Source of the DNA: Candidatus Eiseniibacteriota bacterium
GTDB taxonomy: Bacteria; Eisenbacteria; RBG-16-71-46
DNA: 64,000 nucleotides
Direction: 5' to 3'
Assembly: GCA_963707915.1 (NCBI GenBank)
Contig: OY970178.1
Span: 2,176,001-2,240,000 of the forward strand
Shown: piece after piece, positions 55,822 to 64,000 of the stretch
Numbering within the stretch: the stretch's first letter is position 1
Layout: each line of letters starts with the position of its first letter
The notes under the pieces: generated by a model
The model's database searches: none
Told to the model about the DNA's origin: nothing
Seen by the model: only the letters and a program-made list of their open reading frames with translations
Position numbers and translations under genes: made by a program

Positions 55822-57666
55822 ATGTCCGCCCCCACGACGCGCGTGCGTTTCTCGCAGGCGTGGCGCGACGCCCGCGACCTGCTGCGCCAGCACCGGAGCC
55901 GGCTGCTGGTCGGCTTCGGGCTGATGCTGGTGAACCGCGCGGCCGGATTCGTGCTCCCGGCGGCGCCCAAGTTCGTGATCGACGACGCCATCGGGCAGCA
56001 CCGTCCCGAGCTGCTGCCGCTGATCGCGCTCGCGCTCGGCGTCGCCACCGTGATCCAGGCCGGGACCTCGTTCGTCCTCTCCCAGCTCCTCGGCGTCGCG
56101 GCCCAGCGCGCCATCACCGACATGCGCAAGAAGGTGATGGCCCACGTCACGCGCCTGCCGGTGCGCTACTTCGACGCCACCCAGACGGGCGTGCTGATCT
56201 CGCGCATCATGACCGACGCCGAGGGCGTGCGGAACCTGGTCGGCACCGGGCTGGTGCAGCTCGCCAGCAGCCTGGTCACCGCGGCGGTCGCGCTGGTCTG
56301 GCTGTTCGCGATCTCCTGGCAGCTCACGCTGCTGAACCTGGTCTTCCTCGCGATCTTCGGCGCCGGGATGACCTTCGCCTTCGGCACGCTGCGGCCGCTG
56401 TTCCGCGAGCGCGGGAAGATCAACGCCGACGTCACCGGCCGGCTGGGCGAGACGCTCAGCGGCGTGCGCGTGGTGAAGGCCTACACCGCCGAGCGTCGCG
56501 AGCAGATCGTCTTCGCCCGCGGGGCGCACCGGCTGTTCCGCAACATCGCGCGCACCATGACCGGCGTCTCGGCGATCGGCGCGGTCTCGGGCGTGATCGC
56601 CGGCGGCATCGGCATCCTCATGATCCTGGTGGGCGGTCCCGCCATCCTCGGCGGCCGCATGACGCTCGGCACCTTCGGCACCTACGTGGCGCTGACCGGG
56701 ATGCTGGCCGCGCCGCTCATCCAGCTCGCCTCGATCGGCACCCAGATGAGCGAGGCCTTCGCCGGGCTCGACCGCATCCGCGAGGTGATGGGCACCCCGA
56801 CCGAGCGGGACGGGCAGGGCCCCGGGACGCTCGAGGCCCTGCGCGGCGACATCGCCTTCGAGCACGTCTCGTTCGAGTACACCGCGGGCGAGCCGGTGCT
56901 GAAGGACGTCAGCTTCTCGGCCCCCGCCGGGGCCACGACCGCGCTGGTCGGGTCGAGCGGCTCGGGCAAGAGCACGCTCATCGGCCTGGTCATGGCCTTC
57001 AACCAGCCGCAGTCGGGGCGCATCCTGGTGGATGGACGCGACCTCGCCGGCCTGCGGCTGGAGGACTACCGCGCGCGCCTGGGGGTGGTGCTGCAGGAGA
57101 ACTTCCTCTTCGACGGCACCATCGCGGAGAACATCGCCTTCTCGCGGCCCGCCGCCGGCCCCGAGGAGATCCGCGCGGTGGCGCACATCGCCCACTGCGA
57201 CGAGTTCGCGGAGCGCTTCCCGCAGGGCTTCGACACGGTCGTGGGCGAGCGCGGCATCCGGCTCTCGGGCGGGCAGCGCCAGCGCATCGCCATCGCGCGC
57301 GCCATCCTCGCCGACCCGCGCATCCTGATCCTCGACGAGGCCACCTCGAGCCTCGACTCGGAGAGCGAGCAGATGATCCAGGACGGCCTGCGGCGGCTGC
57401 GGCGCGGGCGCACCACGTTCGTCATCGCGCACCGGCTCTCCACCATCCGCAGCGCCGACCAGATCCTCGTGCTCGAGGCCGGCGCGATCGTCGAGCGCGG
57501 CACGCACGACGAGCTGTTCGCGCTGGGCGGGCGCTACCGGCAGCTCCACGACAAGCAGTACCAGATCGAGTTCGACCGCTTCATCAACCCGGGCGAGGAC
57601 TTCACCCCCGAGCCGGCGGGGCACGAGCCCGCGGCGGCCGGGACGCCCGCGCGGGAGGCCCTGTGA
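55822..57666 (+). CDS. ABC exporter (fused permease and ATPase)
   Basis: TM domain plus GSSGSGKS, LSGGQRQR, ILDEATSSLD, IAHRLST; alternative GTG start at 55753. Confidence 0.93.
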   Translation: MSAPTTRVRFSQAWRDARDLLRQHRSRLLVGFGLMLVNRAAGFVLPAAPKFVIDDAIGQHRPELLPLIALALGVATVIQAGTSFVLSQLLGVAAQRAITDMRKKVMAHVTRLPVRYFDATQTGVLISRIMTDAEGVRNLVGTGLVQLASSLVTAAVALVWLFAISWQLTLLNLVFLAIFGAGMTFAFGTLRPLFRERGKINADVTGRLGETLSGVRVVKAYTAERREQIVFARGAHRLFRNIARTMTGVSAIGAVSGVIAGGIGILMILVGGPAILGGRMTLGTFGTYVALTGMLAAPLIQLASIGTQMSEAFAGLDRIREVMGTPTERDGQGPGTLEALRGDIAFEHVSFEYTAGEPVLKDVSFSAPAGATTALVGSSGSGKSTLIGLVMAFNQPQSGRILVDGRDLAGLRLEDYRARLGVVLQENFLFDGTIAENIAFSRPAAGPEEIRAVAHIAHCDEFAERFPQGFDTVVGERGIRLSGGQRQRIAIARAILADPRILILDEATSSLDSESEQMIQDGLRRLRRGRTTFVIAHRLSTIRSADQILVLEAGAIVERGTHDELFALGGRYRQLHDKQYQIEFDRFINPGEDFTPEPAGHEPAAAGTPAREAL

Positions 57667-58382
57667 GCCGCGCCCGGAACGCCGCGCTCGCCCTCGCCGT
57701 CCTGGGCTGCCTCGCGACCGCCTGCGCGCCGTTCGGCCGGCGCGAGGATGCGCACCTCGCCGTCGTGTCGGCCAGCCGCCGGACCTTCCGCGTCCCCGCG
57801 CCCGCCGGGATGGTCTCGGACCTCGGCCGCGATCCGGGGTCCGACGCGGGCTTCCGCGTCGCCGTGCCGTCGGACCTCGAGATGCTCGCGCACTTCTCGC
57901 CCGAGGACACCGCGTCGGGCGGCTGGCACGCCTCGTTCGAGATGGCGCGCAGCCTGCCGGAGGACGACGCGAGCTCGCAGGCGCTGTTCGCCGAGATGCG
58001 CAAGTTCATGCCGCGGCGCTACGAGCGCGCCCGGGCCGCGGCGCGGCCCGCGATCGCCGCGCTGGCGCAGAGCCTGCGCGCGGGCACCAGCGACCCGGCC
58101 GCGGCGGACGTCGCGGTCCTGCCGCGCGAGCAGGTGCCCATCACCATCACCCGGGACGACGCGCAGGCCATCATCGGCTTCGCGCTGATCGGCATGCCCG
58201 AGTCGGCCGACGGCCTCACCGGCCCCCGCGCCGCGCTGGTCGGCACCGCCGTGCTGCTGCTGAAGAATCGGGTCAGCTACCTGTACTACGTGGGCCGACT
58301 GCCGGCCCAGGGCGCCCCCCTGGCCCGGATCCAGCCGGCCCTCGAGGCCTGGACCGCAGAGGTGCTGGCCGCCAACCGGTAG
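57663..58382 (+). CDS. Hypothetical lipoprotein
   Basis: GTGA overlap with the ABC gene; signal peptide with lipobox-like LATAC. Confidence 0.6.
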   Translation: MSRARNAALALAVLGCLATACAPFGRREDAHLAVVSASRRTFRVPAPAGMVSDLGRDPGSDAGFRVAVPSDLEMLAHFSPEDTASGGWHASFEMARSLPEDDASSQALFAEMRKFMPRRYERARAAARPAIAALAQSLRAGTSDPAAADVAVLPREQVPITITRDDAQAIIGFALIGMPESADGLTGPRAALVGTAVLLLKNRVSYLYYVGRLPAQGAPLARIQPALEAWTAEVLAANR

Positions 58383-58467
58383 GACGGCGGGCTCATCCGG
58401 CAGCGCGCATCGTCAGGGCCGTGCAATCCGCGTGCGCCGCGCGCGGACCCGGGGCATCTATCCCTCC

Positions 58468-59496
58468 ATGAGACCCCTTCGACTCGCCGTCCTCGCACTC
58501 GCCACGCTCGCCCCGGCCCTGGCGCCCATGCCGGGCGCCGGCGCGGAGCGCCGCCAGGAGCCCCCCGTGCCCACGACCACCAGCACCTCCCTGCCCGCGG
58601 TCGGGCAGCCCGCGCCCGACTTCACGCTGCCCTCGACCACGGGCCACGACGTCACGCTCTCGCGATTCCGTGGCCGGACCGTCGTGCTCTACTTCTACCC
58701 GAAGGACGAGACGCCGGGCTGCACCAAGGAAGCCTGCGACTTCCGCGATCACACCGCCGACCTCGAGAAGGCCGGCGTCGTGGTGCTGGGCGTGTCGAAC
58801 GACGACCTGAAGTCGCACCGGCACTTCCAGTCGAAGGAGAAGCTCCCCTTCCCGCTGCTCGCGGACGTGGACGCGAAGGTGTCCAGGCTCTACGGCGTCT
58901 ACGGCCGGCAGAGCGTCGTCGGCATCCCCTACACCGGCATCGCCCGCACGACCTTCGTGATCGGCCGGGACGGGCGCATCGCGCGCGTCTGGCCGAAGGT
59001 GAGCGTCAACGGCCACGTCGAGGAGGTGCTGGAGTTCGTCCGCGCCGGCGAGCCCGCCGGGGCGACCGGGGGCCCGGCCGAGCCCGCCCACGACGACCCG
59101 GCGAGGATCGTGAGGAGCGATGCCGAGTGGCGCGGCATCCTCACGCCCGAGCAGTACCGCGTGCTGCGCGGCGCGGACACCGAGCTCGCCTGCTCGGGCA
59201 AGTACTGGAACGAGCACCGGCACGGCATCTACCGCTGCGCGGCCTGCGGCTACGACCTGTTCGATTCGAAGACCAAGTTCGACTCGGGCACCGGCTGGCC
59301 CAGCTTCTGGTCGCCGATCTCGGCCGCGCGCCTGCAGGTCGTGAAGGACACCACCCTGGGCATGGAACGCGAGGAGGTGCGCTGCGCCCGCTGCGGCTCC
59401 CACCTCGGCCACGTCTTCGGCGACGGCCCGAAGCCGACCGGGCAGCGCTACTGCATGAACTCGCTGGCGCTGAGTTTCGTCGAGACGCGGAAGTAG
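58468..59496 (+). CDS. msrB: Peroxiredoxin BCP fused to methionine-R-sulfoxide reductase MsrB
   Basis: YFYPKDETPGCTKEAC (BCP), then EWRGILTPEQY, KFDSGTGWPSF, HLGHVF, RYCMNS (MsrB) in one ORF. Confidence 0.88.
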   Translation: MRPLRLAVLALATLAPALAPMPGAGAERRQEPPVPTTTSTSLPAVGQPAPDFTLPSTTGHDVTLSRFRGRTVVLYFYPKDETPGCTKEACDFRDHTADLEKAGVVVLGVSNDDLKSHRHFQSKEKLPFPLLADVDAKVSRLYGVYGRQSVVGIPYTGIARTTFVIGRDGRIARVWPKVSVNGHVEEVLEFVRAGEPAGATGGPAEPAHDDPARIVRSDAEWRGILTPEQYRVLRGADTELACSGKYWNEHRHGIYRCAACGYDLFDSKTKFDSGTGWPSFWSPISAARLQVVKDTTLGMEREEVRCARCGSHLGHVFGDGPKPTGQRYCMNSLALSFVETRK

Positions 59497-59568
59497 GCCC
59501 CGACCCGTCCGGGCACGCGGCGGGGCATCGCGGGCCCCCGCGCCCGCCCCTGTGCTAGCGTGCCCGCC

Positions 59569-61194
59569 ATGCCTGACTCCGCCCCACCCCGCCGCTCGCT
59601 GCTGCCGCTCATCGTCGCGCTCGCCGCGCTCCTGCTGAGCACGCTGCTCGCCAGCGCCTTCCCCCTGCTCGATCCCGCCGAGGGCCGCAACGCCGAGATC
59701 GCGCGCGAGATGGCCGTGGACGGCGACTGGCTCGTCCCCCACCTCGCGGGCATGCCGAGCCTCGACCGGCCCCCGGCGCTCGCCTGGGCGGCCGCCGCCG
59801 CCATTCGCGTCGCCGGCAACGAGCCCTGGGCCGTGCGCCTGCCCGCCGCGCTCGCCTCCGCGCTGACGCTCGCGCTCCTCACCCGCTCCGCCCAGCGCCG
59901 CGGGGGCCGGCCCTTCGCCCTGCGCGCGGCCGCGCTGCTCTACACCGCGCCGCTCTTCGCCGTGCTCTCGGCCTGCGCCGTCACCGCCGTGCCGCTCGCC
60001 CTCTGCGTCACGGCGGTCTGGCTCGGGCTCGCCGCCGAGGTCACCGGGGGCCCGAGCGCGCGGCGCCGGCTCGGGATGTTCGCCGCCGTGGCCGCCGGCC
60101 TGCTCGTGAACGGCCCGGTCATGCTCGCCTGGGCCCTGGGCGGCAGCCTCGGCGCTGCGCTGATCTGCCGCCGCCCCGCCCCGCTGCGCTGGCTCGCGTG
60201 GTGGCCCGGCTGGCTCGTGGTCCTCGGCGTCGCGGGCGGCTGGCTCGCGCTGGCGAGCGTCCGGCATCCCGGGGTCCCGGGCTACGCCTTCCTCGCGGAG
60301 CCGTCCGGGTGGCTGACCGGAGACCCGATCCGCGGCGGGCGGCCGTGGTGGCTCGCGCCGGTGGCGCTCGCGGCCGGCGCGCTGCCATGGTCGCTCGCCA
60401 CGCCCTGGTGGCGCCGGCGCGCGCCGGGAGAAGAGGGCCTGCTCTCGGCCGAGAGCCGGGTCGGGCTCGGCTTCGTGTCGTTCGCCGTCGCGTGCTTCCC
60501 GCTCTGGAGCTCGAACGCCGCCGGACTGCTCCCCGCGTTGCCGATGCTGGCGTGGACCGCGGCCGAGGCCTGGTCCGACGCGGAGCGCGCGCGCCGCGCG
60601 GCCTGGGGACTGGCCGTCGTCTTCCTCGCGATCACCCTCGCGTCCGCCTTCGCCGGCTTCGGCCCGTGGCTGGGACGCGCCGGAGCGCCCTTCGATTCGG
60701 CCGCCACCAGCGCGAAGATCATCGCCGCCTGTTTCGCCTACGTCGCGCTGCGTTCGGCCGCCGCGGCCCTCGGCCGGCCCGACCGGGCGTTCATCGGCAT
60801 CCTGCTCTTCACGCCGGTCGTGCTGTTCGCCGCCGGCGAGCCGCTGCTGCGCTACGCCGAGACGCGGTCGGGCGAGCCGCTGGCCCGCGCCATCGCCACC
60901 ATCGCGCCCGGCGGGTTCGTGCGCTACGAGGCCTGCTACAGCCCGGGTGCCGATTTCCGGCTGGGGCGGCGCTCGGCGCTGCTCAGCGCGCTCGGCGTCG
61001 AGACCACGAGCGCCTACCAGGCCCGCCACCGTGCCGCGCTGCTCGCCCGCGGGCTGTGGACGCCGCTCACCGCGGTCCCGGACTCCGACCGGGTGGACGT
61101 CGTCGTGCGTCCGGCGCGCGGGGCCCTGCCGCCCCCGGAAGGGTACATGGAGTTCTTCCGCGACGGCCGCTTCGCCGCCTACGTCCGCCGGTAG
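59569..61194 (+). CDS. ArnT/PMT-like GT-C membrane protein with degenerate catalytic motifs
   Basis: LDPAEGRNAEIAREM...DWLVPHL...LDRPP, WAVRLP, GPV, RPWW, LPW pattern; many TM helices. Confidence 0.8.
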   Translation: MPDSAPPRRSLLPLIVALAALLLSTLLASAFPLLDPAEGRNAEIAREMAVDGDWLVPHLAGMPSLDRPPALAWAAAAAIRVAGNEPWAVRLPAALASALTLALLTRSAQRRGGRPFALRAAALLYTAPLFAVLSACAVTAVPLALCVTAVWLGLAAEVTGGPSARRRLGMFAAVAAGLLVNGPVMLAWALGGSLGAALICRRPAPLRWLAWWPGWLVVLGVAGGWLALASVRHPGVPGYAFLAEPSGWLTGDPIRGGRPWWLAPVALAAGALPWSLATPWWRRRAPGEEGLLSAESRVGLGFVSFAVACFPLWSSNAAGLLPALPMLAWTAAEAWSDAERARRAAWGLAVVFLAITLASAFAGFGPWLGRAGAPFDSAATSAKIIAACFAYVALRSAAAALGRPDRAFIGILLFTPVVLFAAGEPLLRYAETRSGEPLARAIATIAPGGFVRYEACYSPGADFRLGRRSALLSALGVETTSAYQARHRAALLARGLWTPLTAVPDSDRVDVVVRPARGALPPPEGYMEFFRDGRFAAYVRR

Positions 61195-61331
61195 GAGAGC
61201 GCCCCGTCCTCGTCCTGCTTGGTGAAGGCGCGGCCGACCGCTAGAATTCAGGTCGTCCCAGCTCCCGTGCGCGGGCCCCGCCCGCGCCGCGCGCACCCAC
61301 CATCGACCTGACAGCACGGGGAGACGCCGCC

Positions 61332-63634
61332 ATGCCACGCGACCTGCCCATCGCCTCTCCGAAGCGCCGGCCCCTGCAGCTGGCGCTCGTCGTCCTGCTC
61401 GGCCTCGTGCTCGCGCCGGCCGGTCATGCCGCCGACCTGATGAGGTAGCAGCCCTACCTGGTCTACCCCGGCGACCCGACCCAGATGCAGATCCTGTGGC
61501 AGCTGACGGCCACGGCGACCTCCACGCTCGCGTGGGGCACCGACACCACCTTGCGCTGGGCAGCGTGGCGAACGACGAGTACGGCGCCGACCACCAGCAC
61601 GCCTGCGCGCTCTCCGGGCTGACGCCGGCCACGAAGTACCACTTCCGGGTCACCACCGACGGCGTCGCGTACCGCGGCTCGTTCACCACGGCGCCGAACT
61701 CCTGGGCGACGAAGCTCAAGTTCCTGGCCTACGGCGACACGCGCACCTACCCCGCGACCCACAACCAGGTCGCGGGCGCCATGCTCTCCACCATCGCCGA
61801 CGACCCGGCCTTCCAGTCGCTGTCCCTCTTCATGGGCGACTACGTGACCAGCGGGACCGTCGAGTCGGTCTGGACCACCGAGTTCTTCGACCCCGCGCTG
61901 ACGAACGTCCGGCAGTTGATGGCGAGCCTCCCCCTGCAGGGCACCATGGGGAACCACGAGGGGACCGGCACCCTGTTCGTGAAGTACTTCCCCTTCCCCT
62001 TCGTCGCGGGGCGCTACTGGTCGTTCGACTACGGTCCCATCCACGTCACGGTGGTGGACCAGTACACCAGCTACGCCCCGGGCTCGGCGCAGCTGCAGTG
62101 GATCGCCGACGACCTCGCCCGCACCAACAAGACCTGGAAGTTCATCCTGCTGCACGAGCCGGGCTGGTCCGGCGGCGGTGGCCACCCGAACAACACGCTG
62201 GTGCAGGCCTACCTGCAGCCGCTCTGCCTGCAGTACGGCGTGTCGATCGTGTTCGGCGGCCACAATCACTTCTACGCCCGGGCGGTCGTCAACGGCGTGC
62301 AGCACCTCACGCTGGGCGGCGGCGGCGCCCCGCTCGAGACCCCGGACATCTTCATGCCGTACCTGGTGGCCAGCGCGCGGGCGAATCACCACGCCACCCT
62401 CGCCATCGACGGGGACACGCTCCGGTTCAAGGCGTTCAACACGGCCAACGGCGCGGCGCTCGATTCCTTCACGCTCCTGAGGCCGTCCGTGGCCCCCGAC
62501 AGCACCTTCCCCGCGGTCACCCTGTCCTCGCCCGCCGGCGGCGAGACCTGGAAGGCCGGCTCCGTGCACCCGGTCACCTGGAGCGCGTCCGACGACGTCG
62601 GCGTCGCCGCGGTGGACCTGGCCGGCTCGACGGACGGCGGCGCCAGCTTCCCGGTCGTGATCGCCCGCGGGCTCGCGAACTCGGGCTCCTACGCCTGGAC
62701 CGTGCCCAACAACGTCTCGGCCACGGTGCGGGTCCGCATCACGGTGCGCGACTCGACCGGCAACATCAGCCGGGACGCCAGCGCGGGCGACTTCGCCATC
62801 GACAACTGGATCGTCCACGCGACCGCCGGGCCGAACGGCAGCATCGTCCCGGGCGGCGACGTGCCGGTCGTCGAGGGCGCGACCCAGCGGCTCTCCATCC
62901 GCCCGGTCGCCGGCTACCGCGTGGCCGCGCTCACCGTGGACGGCAGCCCGGTGTCCGCCGACACGAGCTGGACGTTCACCGCCGTCGCGGCGCACCACAC
63001 CATCGCCGCGACGTTCGCCGACGCCGCGCTCCCCGCGGTGCACGTGGTCTCACCCAACGGGCGCGAGCTGTGGACCCAGGGCACGTCCCACACCATCACG
63101 TGGGTGGCTACCGACAACGCCGCGGTCAGCCGGGTGGACGTGGACTACTCGCTCGCCGGCCCGGACGGGCCCTGGCTGCCGGTGGGCCACGACGTCCCCA
63201 ACTCGGGCTCGCTGGCCTGGACCCTGCCGATGCAGCGCTCGGACAGCGCGCTGGTCCGGGTGACGGCCTGGGATCCCACCGGGAACGCCGGGAGCGACGC
63301 GAGCGACAGCCTGTTCTACGTCTACGACCCCAACGCGTCCGTGGACGGCCGCGGAGCGGTCAGCCTCTTCCTCTCCCGCCCGATCCCCGATCCGAGCGTC
63401 GGGAGCGCCTTGTTGCGCTTCGGCCTGCCCGCTGCGGGACGCGTGCGCCTCGAGATCCTCGACCTCGCCGGCCGGCGCGTCTGGCGCACCGAGGGCGACC
63501 TGCCCGCCGGCGAGCACGCGTGGCGCTGGAACGGCGAGACCGACCCGGGCGGACGCGCGGGGACCGGGCTCTACTTCATCCGCCTGGTCACGCCCTGGGG
63601 CACGCGAACCGACAGGCTGGTGCGGCTGCGGTAG
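61332..63634 (+). pseudogene. Secreted purple-acid-phosphatase-like metallophosphoesterase with Ig-like domains and FlgD/T9SS-like tail; in-frame TAG at 61446 and frameshift near 61551
   Basis: Signal peptide from ATG 61332; YGDTR, GDYV, GNHE, HEP, GGHNH motifs; SPxGGE Ig-like repeats; C-terminal LEILDLAGRRV...GLYFIRL. The lesions may be sequencing errors. Confidence 0.75.
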
Positions 63635-63702
63635 CGCGCCCCCCGCGCCGGACCACGGATTCCCGGCGTCCTTCGCGGTCACCGGGGACCCGGAAAGTCC
63701 GC

Positions 63703-63730
63703 CAAAGGCGCGGGCCGGAAGTGCCGATAA
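63703..63730 (+). promoter_or_regulatory. Sigma28 (FliA/WhiG)-like promoter
   Basis: CAAAG-N15-GCCGATAA with a perfect sigma28 -10 box, 16 nt before the tadE ATG. Confidence 0.55.
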
Positions 63731-63746
63731 CGGGCCCGGAGGAGGC

Positions 63747-64000
63747 ATGACCATGGCCCGGAAGACGTTGCGTGGCGGGAAGGGCGCGACCCTCGTGGAG
63801 TTCGCGATGGTCTTCCCCATGCTGATGGTGCTGATCTTCGCCATCATGGACTTCGGCATGTACTTCTTCGTCCAGCACAGCCTCCAGTTCGCCACCCGCG
63901 AGGGAGTCCGGCTCGCGCTCGTCGGCCGGACCATCAACGACGCCTCGGGCAACCCGATGACCCGCGAGGGCTCGATCGTCCAGACCATCCGGAACAAGGC
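63747..64000 (+). CDS. tadE: TadE/TadG-family Flp pilus pseudopilin (3' truncated)
   Basis: KGATLVEFAMVFP...IMDFG...ATREGVR; GGAGGAGG RBS. Confidence 0.88.
   Translation, partial: MTMARKTLRGGKGATLVEFAMVFPMLMVLIFAIMDFGMYFFVQHSLQFATREGVRLALVGRTINDASGNPMTREGSIVQTIRNK

Noticed and set aside
61446..61448. TAG as pyrrolysine or stop-codon recoding
   Set aside because: TAG is a normal stop in many genes here, no pyl genes are visible, and a nearby frameshift points to error or decay.
63640..63745. c-di-GMP riboswitch upstream of tadE
   Set aside because: The GEMM-I hallmarks are not recognisable; a sigma28 promoter explains the region better.

Overview
Very GC-rich bacterial DNA with dense coding. 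The C-terminal FlgD/T9SS-like tails on secreted proteins suggest an FCB-related lineage such as Ca. Eisenbacteria (inference). About 54 protein-coding genes are supported. I found no rRNA, tRNA, CRISPR array or transposase. Main blocks in order: a DUF4160/DUF2442 toxin-antitoxin-like pair, pfkA and a HIT protein; a ~10.8 kb minus-strand catabolic operon (5132-15968); a secreted 12-repeat Kelch protein; a protease cluster behind a BaeSR-like two-component system; a TatT-type TRAP transporter; an AAA+/VWA pair; a pyrC-E-F-B-I-D-K operon lacking carAB, with a PyrR-loop-like leader; glcD/glcE-like oxidases; a BCP-MsrB fusion; an ArnT-like protein lacking conserved catalytic residues; an interrupted secreted metallophosphoesterase; and the start of a Tad pilus locus behind a sigma28-like promoter. 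The catabolic operon is the best candidate for an undescribed system. It encodes a GNAT-like protein, a thiolase-fold protein lacking the catalytic Cys plus a DUF35 partner, a xanthine-dehydrogenase-family Mo-hydroxylase, YahF/FdrA, YahG/DUF1116, a cyclase-family hydrolase and YahE/DUF2877, and probably degrades an N-heterocycle or ureide. About 12 frameshifts cluster at 7.4-14.0 kb and are most likely long-read indel errors. Several genes look leaderless, with TANNNT 6-7 nt before the ATG.
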